From a bacterium (lineage in GTDB: Bacteria > SAR324 > NAC60-12): DNA of 64,000 nt. The stretch spans positions 320,001 to 384,000 of the forward strand of contig CBDDTI010000745.1 of the NCBI GenBank assembly GCA_965233585.1, written 5' to 3'. The notes under the pieces are model-generated. The model made no database searches and was not told the DNA's origin. It worked only from the letters and a program-made list of their open reading frames with translations. Positions within the stretch are counted from its first letter, which is position 1, and each line of letters opens with the position of its first letter. The translations under genes and the position numbers were made by a program. Shown in pieces: positions 20,617 through 31,588 of this stretch.

Positions 20617-20648
20617 TTTGATTCAAACTTTGGTTTGATTCAAACTTT
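20617..20648. promoter_or_regulatory. Tandem palindromic motif TTTGATTCAAACTTT x2 upstream of gap
   Basis: Copies at 20617-20631 and 20634-20648; each contains the palindrome TTTGA-T-TCAAA. Confidence 0.4.
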
Positions 20649-20688
20649 ATTGATTTCATTTTATTTTTATTTAATCTTGTCAAATTGA

Positions 20689-21708
<1,020 letters not shown>

Positions 21709-21739
21709 AACTTGAACAAGGCATCTTCTTTTCAAGGAG

Positions 21740-23080
21740 ATGCCTGCCAAGCAGATGAAAAAGACGATGAACAAAGTTTACTCTGTTAAAAATCTAGGAG
21801 GATGCAAGGTAGATTCTCCGCTGGAATGGTTCAAAGACCCTGCACAAAGTTTTGAGTTCGTGCCTGATGACCGCGCTGTCATCTATGACACCATTCGTGA
21901 GCATGACAACCAAAATACAACTGATTTAGATTTTGAAGCCGCAGGACCACGGCAAAAAATCTACTTTGACCCCTCCAAAACCAGGGTGGGAATTGTCACC
22001 TGTGGCGGTTTGTGTCCGGGCATCAACAATGTCATTCGTAATTTGGTCATGCAGCTCAATTACAACTACGGAGTGCATTACATTTTTGGATTTCAATATG
22101 GCTATCAAGGATTTATCCCTGAATATGCACACCCACTGATTGACCTGACGCCTGCCTCAGTGCGGGACATTCACACCAAAGGGGGTTCTATCCTGTCATC
22201 TTCTAGGGGACATCAGAGCGTTGAGGAAATTGTAGATTGCCTTGAGCGAAGAATGATCAACATTCTGTATTGCATTGGTGGAGATGGGACGTTAACGGGG
22301 GCGCATCACCTGTTTGAAGAAGTCCACAAAAGGGGGCTAAAGATAAGCATTGTTGGCATTCCCAAGACGATTGACAATGACATCAATTATTGCTTTAAAA
22401 CATTTGGCTTTGAGACTGCTTTTGCCAAGGCAGTAGAGTCTATCCATGCAGCAGATGCCGAGTCTCTTGGCGCTCCCAATGGCATTGCTTTGGTGAAGTT
22501 GATGGGTCGTGATTCAGGTTTTATTGCTGCCAACACAGTGCTTGCCTGCCCTGCTGTGAACTATGTCTTAATCCCTGAAGTGCCTTTTTCGTTAGATGGA
22601 GAGACAGGGTTATTGAGACAGTTAGAAAAACGTCTGCAACGTCAAAGACAAAAAGGCAAAATTGCTCATGCAGTGCTAGTGGTAGCAGAAGGTGCGGGTC
22701 AGAATCTTTTTGAAAGCACGGCTAGTGAAACAGACGCTTCTGGCAATGTGAGGCATCGGGACATTGGACTTTTGTTGAAAGACCGAATCAGTGATTATTT
22801 TAAAGATCGGATTCCTATCAATTTAAAATATATTGAACCAAGCTATATGATTCGCTCATTGCCTGCCAATGCCCACGATTCTATCTTCTGTTATCATCTT
22901 GCAGACAGTGCAGTGCATGCAGGAATGTGCGGAAAAACTGATATGATGGTAGGCTATTGGAATGGCAAATTTACTCATGTTCCTTTGGATTTGGTCATTG
23001 GCAACAGGAAAAAAATCAAGCCTCATGGTGAGTTTTGGCGTAAAGTATTAGCATGCACAGGACAGCCCGCAAACATGTAG
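21740..23080 (+). CDS. pfkA: 6-phosphofructokinase (PfkA superfamily, long clade)
   Basis: VTCGGLCPG, IGGDG, PKTIDND, KLMGRDSG; phosphoryl donor not determined. Confidence 0.9.
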   Translation: MPAKQMKKTMNKVYSVKNLGGCKVDSPLEWFKDPAQSFEFVPDDRAVIYDTIREHDNQNTTDLDFEAAGPRQKIYFDPSKTRVGIVTCGGLCPGINNVIRNLVMQLNYNYGVHYIFGFQYGYQGFIPEYAHPLIDLTPASVRDIHTKGGSILSSSRGHQSVEEIVDCLERRMINILYCIGGDGTLTGAHHLFEEVHKRGLKISIVGIPKTIDNDINYCFKTFGFETAFAKAVESIHAADAESLGAPNGIALVKLMGRDSGFIAANTVLACPAVNYVLIPEVPFSLDGETGLLRQLEKRLQRQRQKGKIAHAVLVVAEGAGQNLFESTASETDASGNVRHRDIGLLLKDRISDYFKDRIPINLKYIEPSYMIRSLPANAHDSIFCYHLADSAVHAGMCGKTDMMVGYWNGKFTHVPLDLVIGNRKKIKPHGEFWRKVLACTGQPANM

Positions 23081-26000
23081 TTTGTTTTTTGCAATCTCTT
23101 GCCTTAGTGTGTCTTGCCTTCTGGCAGGCACAGGGTAGAGAATTGGCATGGAGTGCTGACAAACTTTCTGAGGCAACACAAGCTAAGTTGATTCAATCTT
23201 TTTTCCAAGATGGTCTCTACGATGCAGCTCAACAATCTGCCATCACCTACCTTTCTGAATACCCTGAAGGCAAATACAGGGAGTCAGTCCTTTTCATTCG
23301 TGCCAGATCATTAGAACTTCGTCAAACACTTACCCAAACCTCCTTGCGATTGTATCAACAACTGCTCCGCGAGTTTCCCCAAAGCAAATGGCGTCAAGAT
23401 GCCAACATGAGTCTTGGCATTTTACACTTCCAACAACAACATCACAGACTTGCCAAAAAGGCATTTGTCAGAGTTTTACGACAAGACGCTGCCAGCCGTT
23501 ATCACGACCATGCACTTTATTGGTTTGCACTAGCCAGCATGCAGGAGTCCCCCATTCCTTATGCAGAAGTTTTTAGTGCGTTGCATGCTGTGACTCAAAA
23601 ATCTCCTTTGACCAAAGAAGAACAAAGAGAGCGATTTTACATGCTGACACAAAGTAGCTTGCACCTTAAAGATTTTGCAAAAGCCAAAGTGTATGCAGGT
23701 CAATTTGAAACACTTTCAGAAGACTCAAAACGTGTGGCACAACTTTTTTTCCAAATTGCTGTTACTGACTATGAAAGACAAGAATTTTCAGAAGCAGGGC
23801 AGTTTTTTGAAAAAATCATCAGGCTTCCTCGTTCCAAATGGAGTGATGAAAGCCTTTTTTTATCAGGAGAATCGCTTTATTCACAAAACCAAAGCAAGCA
23901 AGCCCTTTTGAAATATAAAAGCTATCTTGCAACCAAAGACCAGACTTATAAAAGCCTTGCACAATTTAGGTTGGGAGAGATTTATCAAACCTTGCAAAAT
24001 TGGGAACAAGCAGACCAGTATCATTTAGCATTCCTACAAAATCCAGATACTTCAGACCAAGCTCAACAAAGTCTAGTGCATCGCAGACTGGGTCAGTCCT
24101 ATTTGAAAACTAGGCAATATGAAAACTCCATCAAGCATCTCAAAATTTCTCTTCAAGGGAGTTATCAGAATGACCCCAGTGTGATTGCAGAATTGTCAAA
24201 GGCATTGCAGGCATCAGGGGACGTCACGCAACAGCAAGCATTTTTAAAAGAGGCTAAGAACAATCAAAACCTGAACACCAAAGACCGCTATGCTTTTGAG
24301 TTTAACTGGGCAATGCTTGCCTTCCAAAATGGCTCTTGCCAAGAGTTAACCAATGACTTGCAAAACATTCCCAAACAAGCCAAAGACGAAGAAAGGGTGT
24401 ATCTGGTCTATCTTCGCGGCATGTGCCACTTTGAACAAAAAAATTGGAAGACTGCCTCTGAAGATTTGGCAACCATTCCCATCACTTCACAGCTTTTTGC
24501 AACTGCCTTTGACCATCTGTTGGAGGCTTTGAGACAGCAAGAAGATTGGAGGCAAGTTGAAGCTAAGGTGACTCAAGCCAGACGTGCCACAGGTTTTAAA
24601 TTGCAACGCAACCATTTTTTAATCTGGGTGCAAGCAAATGTGGAACTCAACCAAATCCTTCGTGCCACAGAAGTTTACATCATTTTTAAATCTGCTTTGC
24701 CAGATGAACTAGGCGAACAAGAATTGCTTCATTGGGCAGACCTTGAGACAACTCTCAGCAACCACCCCAAAAGTGTCGGTCTCTACAAACAGGTGCTTGC
24801 CAACACCCAAAATCAAAATCTGACCTTTAGAAAAGAAGTTGTTGAAAAAATCTTTCAAGGACACGTGCAGCTGAAACAGATGACTGATGCGGCTGAAAGT
24901 TATCAAAATTTCCTTTATCCCTTTTTACAAGGCACAGACAGGCAAGCACTGGCGTTCAAAATTGCAAAAATCTATCAGGACTTGAAAAATCCAGAAGCGA
25001 AAGGCTGGTTTCAAAAAGCTGACACGGGAGAAGCTGATGACATCAGCATTGAATCTTCCTTGATTTTAAGCAATTTTGAGAGTTCAGAAGGTCAAATCAA
25101 GGGGGCAACTTCAAGGCTTCAAAAACTTTCTCAACGGAAGCTATCGCCTAAGTGGGCGATTCCTGTCTTGTCTCAACTGGCTCACTTCCAAGAACAGCAA
25201 AATCAGTTCAACGATGCTTTGAAAAGTTACCAAAAGATTGTGTCCTTGCCACGTTCAAAGGATTCTGTCAACAGACAACTGCAAGCAAGGGCTACATTGC
25301 GAGAAAGGCAGATTAGCAATTTTGTAGGAGAGAAGCAGGTAGAGCAATGGATTCAGCAAAAAAAGTGGAAGGCGATTAAATCATTCCTTGAAAAAGGATT
25401 TAAGAACAATCAGTTAACGCCAAGCCTTTATTTTTATGAGGGCTTATTGCTGGCAAAATTTAATTTGAAAGATTACAAAGGATTTTTGAACACTTATCGT
25501 GGTTATCAAAAGCAGAAAGGAGATGAAAAGACGAAGCTAGAGTTTTCCATCATGTATGCAGAATCTTTGGATTCTCAAAAGAAAATCAAAGATGCGTCAA
25601 GGGAATATAGGCAAATTTTAAAACGACTTCCTAAAAAAGATGTGGAAAGGCAAGTCTGGATTGCCAGAAGGTTGCGAGAAATTTATGAGCAGTTGAAATA
25701 TTTTAAATCTTTAACCATCACCTATCGTCAAGTGTTCCCTGTTTTAAAGACGGCATCTTTAAAAATAGAATTTGCTTATCTTTTGGGAACAACCTACATG
25801 GAAAAATTGAAAGACCCAAGCCAAGCTGCTTATTGGTTTCAAAAGGTAGATCAAGGAGGAGTCAGCGAATTTGAGATGCAAGCGGTTTGGAATGTTGTGG
25901 AATATGAAAGTAGTCAGAGTGCCTCAAAAGCGATTAAGAGGCTTGAAAAGGTGTCTCAACGGAAAAAGCTCAATGCGAAGTGGAAGCTGTTATTTCATTA

Positions 26001-26184
26001 CCAACTTGGCGTACTCTACCAAAATCAAGAACAATGGAACAAAGCACTTGCCAATTACAAAATTGTTTCAGGGCAAAAGGCGATTCCCCAAGATTTGCAA
26101 GCCTATGTTAAAGAATCGCAACAACAAATCCAAGCCATTGAAAATTATTTAAGCCAACTTCAGTCCAGTCAAAAGGCAAATTAA
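23053..26184 (+). CDS. Large exported TPR-repeat protein
   Basis: Signal-peptide-like N-terminus; repeated YP.S/FP.S TPR-type helices. Confidence 0.8.
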   Translation: MHRTARKHVVCFLQSLALVCLAFWQAQGRELAWSADKLSEATQAKLIQSFFQDGLYDAAQQSAITYLSEYPEGKYRESVLFIRARSLELRQTLTQTSLRLYQQLLREFPQSKWRQDANMSLGILHFQQQHHRLAKKAFVRVLRQDAASRYHDHALYWFALASMQESPIPYAEVFSALHAVTQKSPLTKEEQRERFYMLTQSSLHLKDFAKAKVYAGQFETLSEDSKRVAQLFFQIAVTDYERQEFSEAGQFFEKIIRLPRSKWSDESLFLSGESLYSQNQSKQALLKYKSYLATKDQTYKSLAQFRLGEIYQTLQNWEQADQYHLAFLQNPDTSDQAQQSLVHRRLGQSYLKTRQYENSIKHLKISLQGSYQNDPSVIAELSKALQASGDVTQQQAFLKEAKNNQNLNTKDRYAFEFNWAMLAFQNGSCQELTNDLQNIPKQAKDEERVYLVYLRGMCHFEQKNWKTASEDLATIPITSQLFATAFDHLLEALRQQEDWRQVEAKVTQARRATGFKLQRNHFLIWVQANVELNQILRATEVYIIFKSALPDELGEQELLHWADLETTLSNHPKSVGLYKQVLANTQNQNLTFRKEVVEKIFQGHVQLKQMTDAAESYQNFLYPFLQGTDRQALAFKIAKIYQDLKNPEAKGWFQKADTGEADDISIESSLILSNFESSEGQIKGATSRLQKLSQRKLSPKWAIPVLSQLAHFQEQQNQFNDALKSYQKIVSLPRSKDSVNRQLQARATLRERQISNFVGEKQVEQWIQQKKWKAIKSFLEKGFKNNQLTPSLYFYEGLLLAKFNLKDYKGFLNTYRGYQKQKGDEKTKLEFSIMYAESLDSQKKIKDASREYRQILKRLPKKDVERQVWIARRLREIYEQLKYFKSLTITYRQVFPVLKTASLKIEFAYLLGTTYMEKLKDPSQAAYWFQKVDQGGVSEFEMQAVWNVVEYESSQSASKAIKRLEKVSQRKKLNAKWKLLFHYQLGVLYQNQEQWNKALANYKIVSGQKAIPQDLQAYVKESQQQIQAIENYLSQLQSSQKAN

Positions 26185-26283
26185 ACGCAAATTGGTTCAT
26201 GTCTGGCTTAATCTTGTTCCTCACTTGAATTTTAAACTTGGCATCTACTTTTTCAACTTAGAGTGTAATCATCTCTTAAAACG

Positions 26284-27804
26284 ATGAGCGATGTAGCAGA
26301 AGAGACAGAATTTAAAACTTGGCTGAGACCTCTCCCTAAATTTTTCTCGTGTGAAAGAGAGCTGTTGCATTCAGAATACTTGCTTCATTTACACGAAAAT
26401 GAAGAAGGTTTGAGGCAAAATGTGTTGAGTCAAATGATCTTTGGAAGTTTGGAAGTGAGCTTACAAGACATCATGCGGGATTTTGAGAAGGGCAAGATTC
26501 AAGAGGCAAGACTTGACAAACATTTGCGGTTTTATCTGAAGAAACGTAACAAACAAAGCTACCGACAGCATTTACTGGTCTTAGCCCGCTTGAGCCTTCA
26601 GTCTGCACGTTCTGCAAATACTGAGGCAGACCGAATCCCATTTTTATTCAAAGCGATTGACTTCTTACGAATGTATATTCACGCCACCCATGACACATTA
26701 GACTTGCGTGCTTCCTCCATCATTGTTCATCTTTTTTCTACATTACCTCGTTCTTTTGATGAAAAAATTGTGATAGAACAAAAGGTGTTTCGCTTATACG
26801 CAGAGCTTTACCGCATTCAACGCAGAGCAGAAAAGCAGGGAGTAGAGTATCGGGATAGCCCCTTGTTGCGGACAAAGATTGCTAAACTGTATGTGGAACA
26901 AAAAAATTATTACGATGGGTTAAGTCAGTTTCATGTCCTTGCAAATAACCTCGCCTTACAGCATCGGCAGACACCAAACACGAAGCTCAAACTTGCACAA
27001 GCCCACGCATGGATTGCCAACATCTTGCAAGAGATGATTCACTATGCACAACCCGGGCAAGCCACCATTCTGGTTAACTTCATTTACCGTTACAACAGAG
27101 ATTATGCAACAAGGTCTGTTCCTTATCCTGTGCCTGTTTTAAAGAGGAATGATGCGGTTTCTATGAGATATGTCAAGAAGAAGTTCATTGAATTTGCAAA
27201 CCAACGTTATCAACAAGTAGAAGCTATTGCCAAAGAAGTTTATCAATCTGGTTACGTTGTCAACCCAATCCTGCTTGACGAATTGGCATTTGCCAAAGTC
27301 CCTGCCCCTGTCATTCGTGCCTTAAAAACTTGCCAAAACACCAAGTTTGTCTCTGCAGATGCCTTGTTTACCCATCTTGAAAAATCGTGCAAAATTTCTA
27401 CTCCTTTGCGTGACAAAATATGGCGGACACTGCTGACCCAAGAAGAAAACCTTAAATATTCAGGACTTGCCAGACTGAAGCGCAACCCCAAGTGGATTGA
27501 TGTCTATTTTCATGCCTTGTTCCAAATTGCCAAAAACCATGAGTATTTGCAAAATGGTGATGGCATTTTAAATTATGCACAAAAAGCCTTTGAATTGATT
27601 GAGCCTTTTGCGGCGTCTCAATATCTACAAGACAAGATTGATGTCATTCGTTTCATGCAACGCATTGCACATTCTTCAAAAATTCCATTTCGTAAGTGGA
27701 ACAAGAAGAAGAGAAAGCTATTAAGCCAAGATGTACAAGTGAAGCAAGGGAATTTTGAAATGGAACTAGAAAAAAAGAATTTAATCAAAAATCGTTTATT
27801 TTAG
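26284..27804 (+). CDS. Hypothetical helical protein
   Basis: 506-aa ORF; no family recognised. Confidence 0.7.
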   Translation: MSDVAEETEFKTWLRPLPKFFSCERELLHSEYLLHLHENEEGLRQNVLSQMIFGSLEVSLQDIMRDFEKGKIQEARLDKHLRFYLKKRNKQSYRQHLLVLARLSLQSARSANTEADRIPFLFKAIDFLRMYIHATHDTLDLRASSIIVHLFSTLPRSFDEKIVIEQKVFRLYAELYRIQRRAEKQGVEYRDSPLLRTKIAKLYVEQKNYYDGLSQFHVLANNLALQHRQTPNTKLKLAQAHAWIANILQEMIHYAQPGQATILVNFIYRYNRDYATRSVPYPVPVLKRNDAVSMRYVKKKFIEFANQRYQQVEAIAKEVYQSGYVVNPILLDELAFAKVPAPVIRALKTCQNTKFVSADALFTHLEKSCKISTPLRDKIWRTLLTQEENLKYSGLARLKRNPKWIDVYFHALFQIAKNHEYLQNGDGILNYAQKAFELIEPFAASQYLQDKIDVIRFMQRIAHSSKIPFRKWNKKKRKLLSQDVQVKQGNFEMELEKKNLIKNRLF

Positions 27805-27890
27805 GGACACTTTTTTGAAATGAAGGTTTTATAAAATCACAACCTCAAGTATCATTAAGGCTTTTTATTTTCGGTGCTTCCTTATTTTTC

Positions 27891-28478
27891 ATGTCATTTA
27901 AACCTTGTTCCCAATGCTCAAGAGAGTTGACGTTTCCTTTGATTTGTGAAGAGTGTCAACACTTGCAAGACTCCCATGATGCCAATTTTTTTGAGATATT
28001 GAATATCCCCCAAAGCTATCAAATTGATGTTGAACAACTTGAAGAAAATTATGAAGAGTTGACAGCACTTTTGCACCCTGATTTGTATGCAAATCATTCG
28101 TCTCACATTCAGAGTTTAAGCCGTCAGTATTCTATCTTACTGAACCAAGCCTACAAGACATGCAAAGATGATTTAGAACGTGCGATTTATCTGTTGGGCA
28201 TTGAGTTTGACAAGCCGTTGTCTGATTCTGTCTTGCCTCAAAATTTTTTGGTAGAAATGTTTGACCTGCAAGAACAACTTGCCAATTCTGAATTATCAAA
28301 GGCAGAGCAAGAAGCGATTCACCAGCAAATTGAGCAAAAAATCCAAAAATTAGAAAATGAACGACTTGCGTTGTTTGAGTCTGAACGCACGGCAGAGTCC
28401 TTTGAACTCTTGCAACAAAATATCAATGCCACCCGTTATCTTGTTCGTTTCTCAGACCATCAGGAGAATCAATTATGA
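27891..28478 (+). CDS. hscB: Fe-S co-chaperone HscB with N-terminal CxxC-CxxC
   Basis: J-domain HPD, LNQAY, RA.YLL, FL.EM; ATGA overlap with hscA. Confidence 0.88.
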   Translation: MSFKPCSQCSRELTFPLICEECQHLQDSHDANFFEILNIPQSYQIDVEQLEENYEELTALLHPDLYANHSSHIQSLSRQYSILLNQAYKTCKDDLERAIYLLGIEFDKPLSDSVLPQNFLVEMFDLQEQLANSELSKAEQEAIHQQIEQKIQKLENERLALFESERTAESFELLQQNINATRYLVRFSDHQENQL

Positions 28479-30277
28479 GTCATATCATCGGAATTGATCT
28501 AGGCACAACCAACAGCCTTGCGGCAATTCTGCTTGAAGAGGGTGCAGAAGTGATTGCACAAGCAGGCAATAGTGGCATCATTCCTTCTGTGGTTTCGTAT
28601 GTTGATGGAAAATGGCATGTTGGCGAAGATGCTCAAAACTTGTGCGAAACATACCCTGAACAAACCGTTTACTCCATCAAACGTTTCATGGGGCTAGGAA
28701 TCCAAGACCTTGATGACGTTGAGCAACTTCCCTACCAAGTGATTCCTGCACAACGAAGCCTTGTCAAAGTCAATTTTGGCAAGGAATCTTTCACCCCTCA
28801 AGAAATCTCTGCACAAATTCTTAAAGCGATCAAAAGGCACGTAGAGCAGGTTTTAGAGATGCCTTGCGAACGGGTTATCATCACTGTTCCTGCTTATTTT
28901 GACGATGCACAGCGTCAAGCCACCAAAGATGCAGGTCAAATTGCAGGGTTGCAGGTGGAACGTATCATTAATGAACCTACAGCTGCCGCACTGGCGTATG
29001 GGCTAGACCAAAAGCAAAAAGGATATGTTGCCGTTTATGATTTTGGGGGTGGAACATTTGATGTTTCTATTTTAAAGCTGACAAATCGGGTGTTCAAAAC
29101 TCTGGCAACTTGCGGTCATTCAAGACTTGGAGGAGACGACCTAGACCAAAAAATCATTGAAGCACTGCAGGAAAGGCATGCGTCATTGATTGCAAACCAA
29201 CCTCATTCCCTTCTCCAGCAACAGCTCAAACTTCATGCTGAACAGATTAAGAAAAATTTAAGCACACAGCTTGAAACAGATTACAAAATAGATTTGGGTC
29301 ATCAGACTATTGAGGGAGTTTTTCAAGTTGATGAACTCAATCAACTACTTGACCCATTGCTTGACCAGACTTTTGAGTTTTGTACTCATGCCTTGAAGCA
29401 AGCAAAGTTGACGAAAGACCAAATTGATGAAGTGGTGCTTGTTGGGGGTTCTACCGTCATTCCAAGAGTCAGGCATCGTACAGAAGAGTTCTTTGGTCAA
29501 AAGCCACACATTGCTATTGACCCATACCAGACTGTTGCCATTGGTGCGGCTATTCAAGGCGCCCAAATCGCAGGGAAACGTCATGATTTTGTGTTGCTTG
29601 ACGTGATTCCTTTGTCTCTTGGAATTGAGACGTTGGGTGGGTCGTTTCAAAAAATCATTTTGCAAAACTCAACCATTCCCTGCCAAGAAACTGAAAAATT
29701 TACAACACATGCAGACAACCAAACTGCCATAGAAATCAATATCTTTCAAGGAGAACGTGAGCTGGTGAAAGACTGCAGAAAACTTGGAAAGTTTAAGCTG
29801 TCAGGGATTCCGCCCATGCCTGCAGGATTGCCACTTGTAGAACTCACTTTTGAAGTAGATGTCAATGGTGCATTGACTGTTCATGCCACAGAAGTTCGCT
29901 CTCAAACGCAAGCAGAAATAGAAGTCATTCCCTCTCATGGTTTAACGCAAGCAGAAATTGACCGCATTATGGAAGACTCCATTGAACATGCAGTTGATGA
30001 CTTTAACGCACGTCAAGTCATTGACTTTCGCAATACAGCTCATGCGATGCTTCGTGGAATCTCAAAATCACATGAGTTTATCCAAAAAAATCTTGAGCAG
30101 GAAGAATATCAGCGTATGCAGCATCAAATCCAAAAGTTGCAAGACGCTATGAAACAAAACAATCCTGCACTACTCAAACAGGAGATTGACGACCTTGGGC
30201 AAATTGTCAGACCCATTGCTGATGCTATAATGAGCCAAAGTATTCTCCAAGAGCTTCAAGCACAAGAAGGTCAATAG
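28475..30277 (+). CDS. hscA: Hsp70 chaperone HscA
   Basis: [39 protein letters not shown]; adjacent to hscB. Confidence 0.88.
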   Translation: MSHIIGIDLGTTNSLAAILLEEGAEVIAQAGNSGIIPSVVSYVDGKWHVGEDAQNLCETYPEQTVYSIKRFMGLGIQDLDDVEQLPYQVIPAQRSLVKVNFGKESFTPQEISAQILKAIKRHVEQVLEMPCERVIITVPAYFDDAQRQATKDAGQIAGLQVERIINEPTAAALAYGLDQKQKGYVAVYDFGGGTFDVSILKLTNRVFKTLATCGHSRLGGDDLDQKIIEALQERHASLIANQPHSLLQQQLKLHAEQIKKNLSTQLETDYKIDLGHQTIEGVFQVDELNQLLDPLLDQTFEFCTHALKQAKLTKDQIDEVVLVGGSTVIPRVRHRTEEFFGQKPHIAIDPYQTVAIGAAIQGAQIAGKRHDFVLLDVIPLSLGIETLGGSFQKIILQNSTIPCQETEKFTTHADNQTAIEINIFQGERELVKDCRKLGKFKLSGIPPMPAGLPLVELTFEVDVNGALTVHATEVRSQTQAEIEVIPSHGLTQAEIDRIMEDSIEHAVDDFNARQVIDFRNTAHAMLRGISKSHEFIQKNLEQEEYQRMQHQIQKLQDAMKQNNPALLKQEIDDLGQIVRPIADAIMSQSILQELQAQEGQ

Positions 30278-30295
30278 GTCTGAGTTGGGAACGTC

Positions 30296-31588
30296 ATGCA
30301 CAACTGGGAAATAGAGAATCAACTCATTGAAAGGCTGTCGTCTCATCATTTGAGTCTTTCCAAAGTTGAGCTTCGGTTAGACCGAATTTTTAAATTACTT
30401 GAGGCACTGGGGAATCCTGAACAAAGTTTCAAAAGCATTCACATTGTTGGAACTTCAGGGAAGGGGTCAACGGCATCGTTTCTGTCCTCTATTCTTTCGC
30501 ATGCAGGGTATCGTGTGGGCATGCACCTTTCTCCACATGTTGTCTCCATTGGGGAACGCAGCCAAATCAATGGCGTCCCTGCTACTGTGCAAGAGTTGTA
30601 TGAGATTTTTCTTGTGATTGAAAAAAAACTTCAAGACTATCAAACCAGTTTTTTTGAGAACTCTCTTGCATTGGCTTTGTGTTATTTTAGGGACAAGCAA
30701 TGTGACTGGGCAATTTTGGAGGCAGGAGTAGGAGGTCGGTTTGACGCCACTACTGCCATTGATTCTGAAGCATTAGTGTTGACAACAGTCGGTTTAGACC
30801 ATACAGAGTTGTTGGGTGAGACACTTCAGGAGATTGCTGATGACAAAAGTGATGCCATTAAGTCAGGTCAGAAGGTCATCAGTGGTTGGTGTCAAGAAGA
30901 GATGCAAGAGATGGTCAATGCCAAGTGTCAAAAATTGGCAAGTGAAGTTTATCATTTGGGCAAGCAAGTTCAGTATCAAATTGCTGAGGACAAAAGTTTT
31001 AGAGTTCAGACACCATTGAATCAATATGAAGACTTAAAAACAAGCATGTCGGGGGACTTCCAAATCCGCAATGCTGTTTGTGCAATCTCTGTTGCAGAAC
31101 AGCTTGGAATCGTTCCGAAACCAGAATTATTAAAAAAATCGCTTATAAATGTGACTTTACCTGCAAGAATGGAATGCCTTTTGCGTAAGCCTATCGTAAT
31201 TCTTGATGGGTCTCACAACCCTGACAAGATAAAGGCATCTTTTCAAGCATTACAAACTCACAGCTATCAGAGATTGATTGTTGTGATGGCATTAAAAGTT
31301 GGCAAAAACACTGATGCTATTTTACAGGAGGCTCTTCACAATGCAGACGTAGCCATTTTTACAGAATTTTGCACCAAAGGGCAATGGCAAGCTCAAAGTG
31401 CCTCAACGTTACAAAGTCTTGCAAAAGATGCTTTCCCAAAACTAAAAACTTATGAAGAACCAGAAGTACAAAATGCAATCAATCTAGCCTTTAAACAAGT
31501 GGAAGATTCTGATTTGATTTTGTTTTGTGGTTCAATGTACTTTGCTTCTGACATCAAGTCATTATGGAAAAAACAACACTTGGTTTAA
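30296..31588 (+). CDS. folC: Folylpolyglutamate synthase/dihydrofolate synthase
   Basis: HIVGTSGKGST, SPH, EAGVGGRFDAT, LDGSHN. Confidence 0.93.
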   Translation: MHNWEIENQLIERLSSHHLSLSKVELRLDRIFKLLEALGNPEQSFKSIHIVGTSGKGSTASFLSSILSHAGYRVGMHLSPHVVSIGERSQINGVPATVQELYEIFLVIEKKLQDYQTSFFENSLALALCYFRDKQCDWAILEAGVGGRFDATTAIDSEALVLTTVGLDHTELLGETLQEIADDKSDAIKSGQKVISGWCQEEMQEMVNAKCQKLASEVYHLGKQVQYQIAEDKSFRVQTPLNQYEDLKTSMSGDFQIRNAVCAISVAEQLGIVPKPELLKKSLINVTLPARMECLLRKPIVILDGSHNPDKIKASFQALQTHSYQRLIVVMALKVGKNTDAILQEALHNADVAIFTEFCTKGQWQAQSASTLQSLAKDAFPKLKTYEEPEVQNAINLAFKQVEDSDLILFCGSMYFASDIKSLWKKQHLV

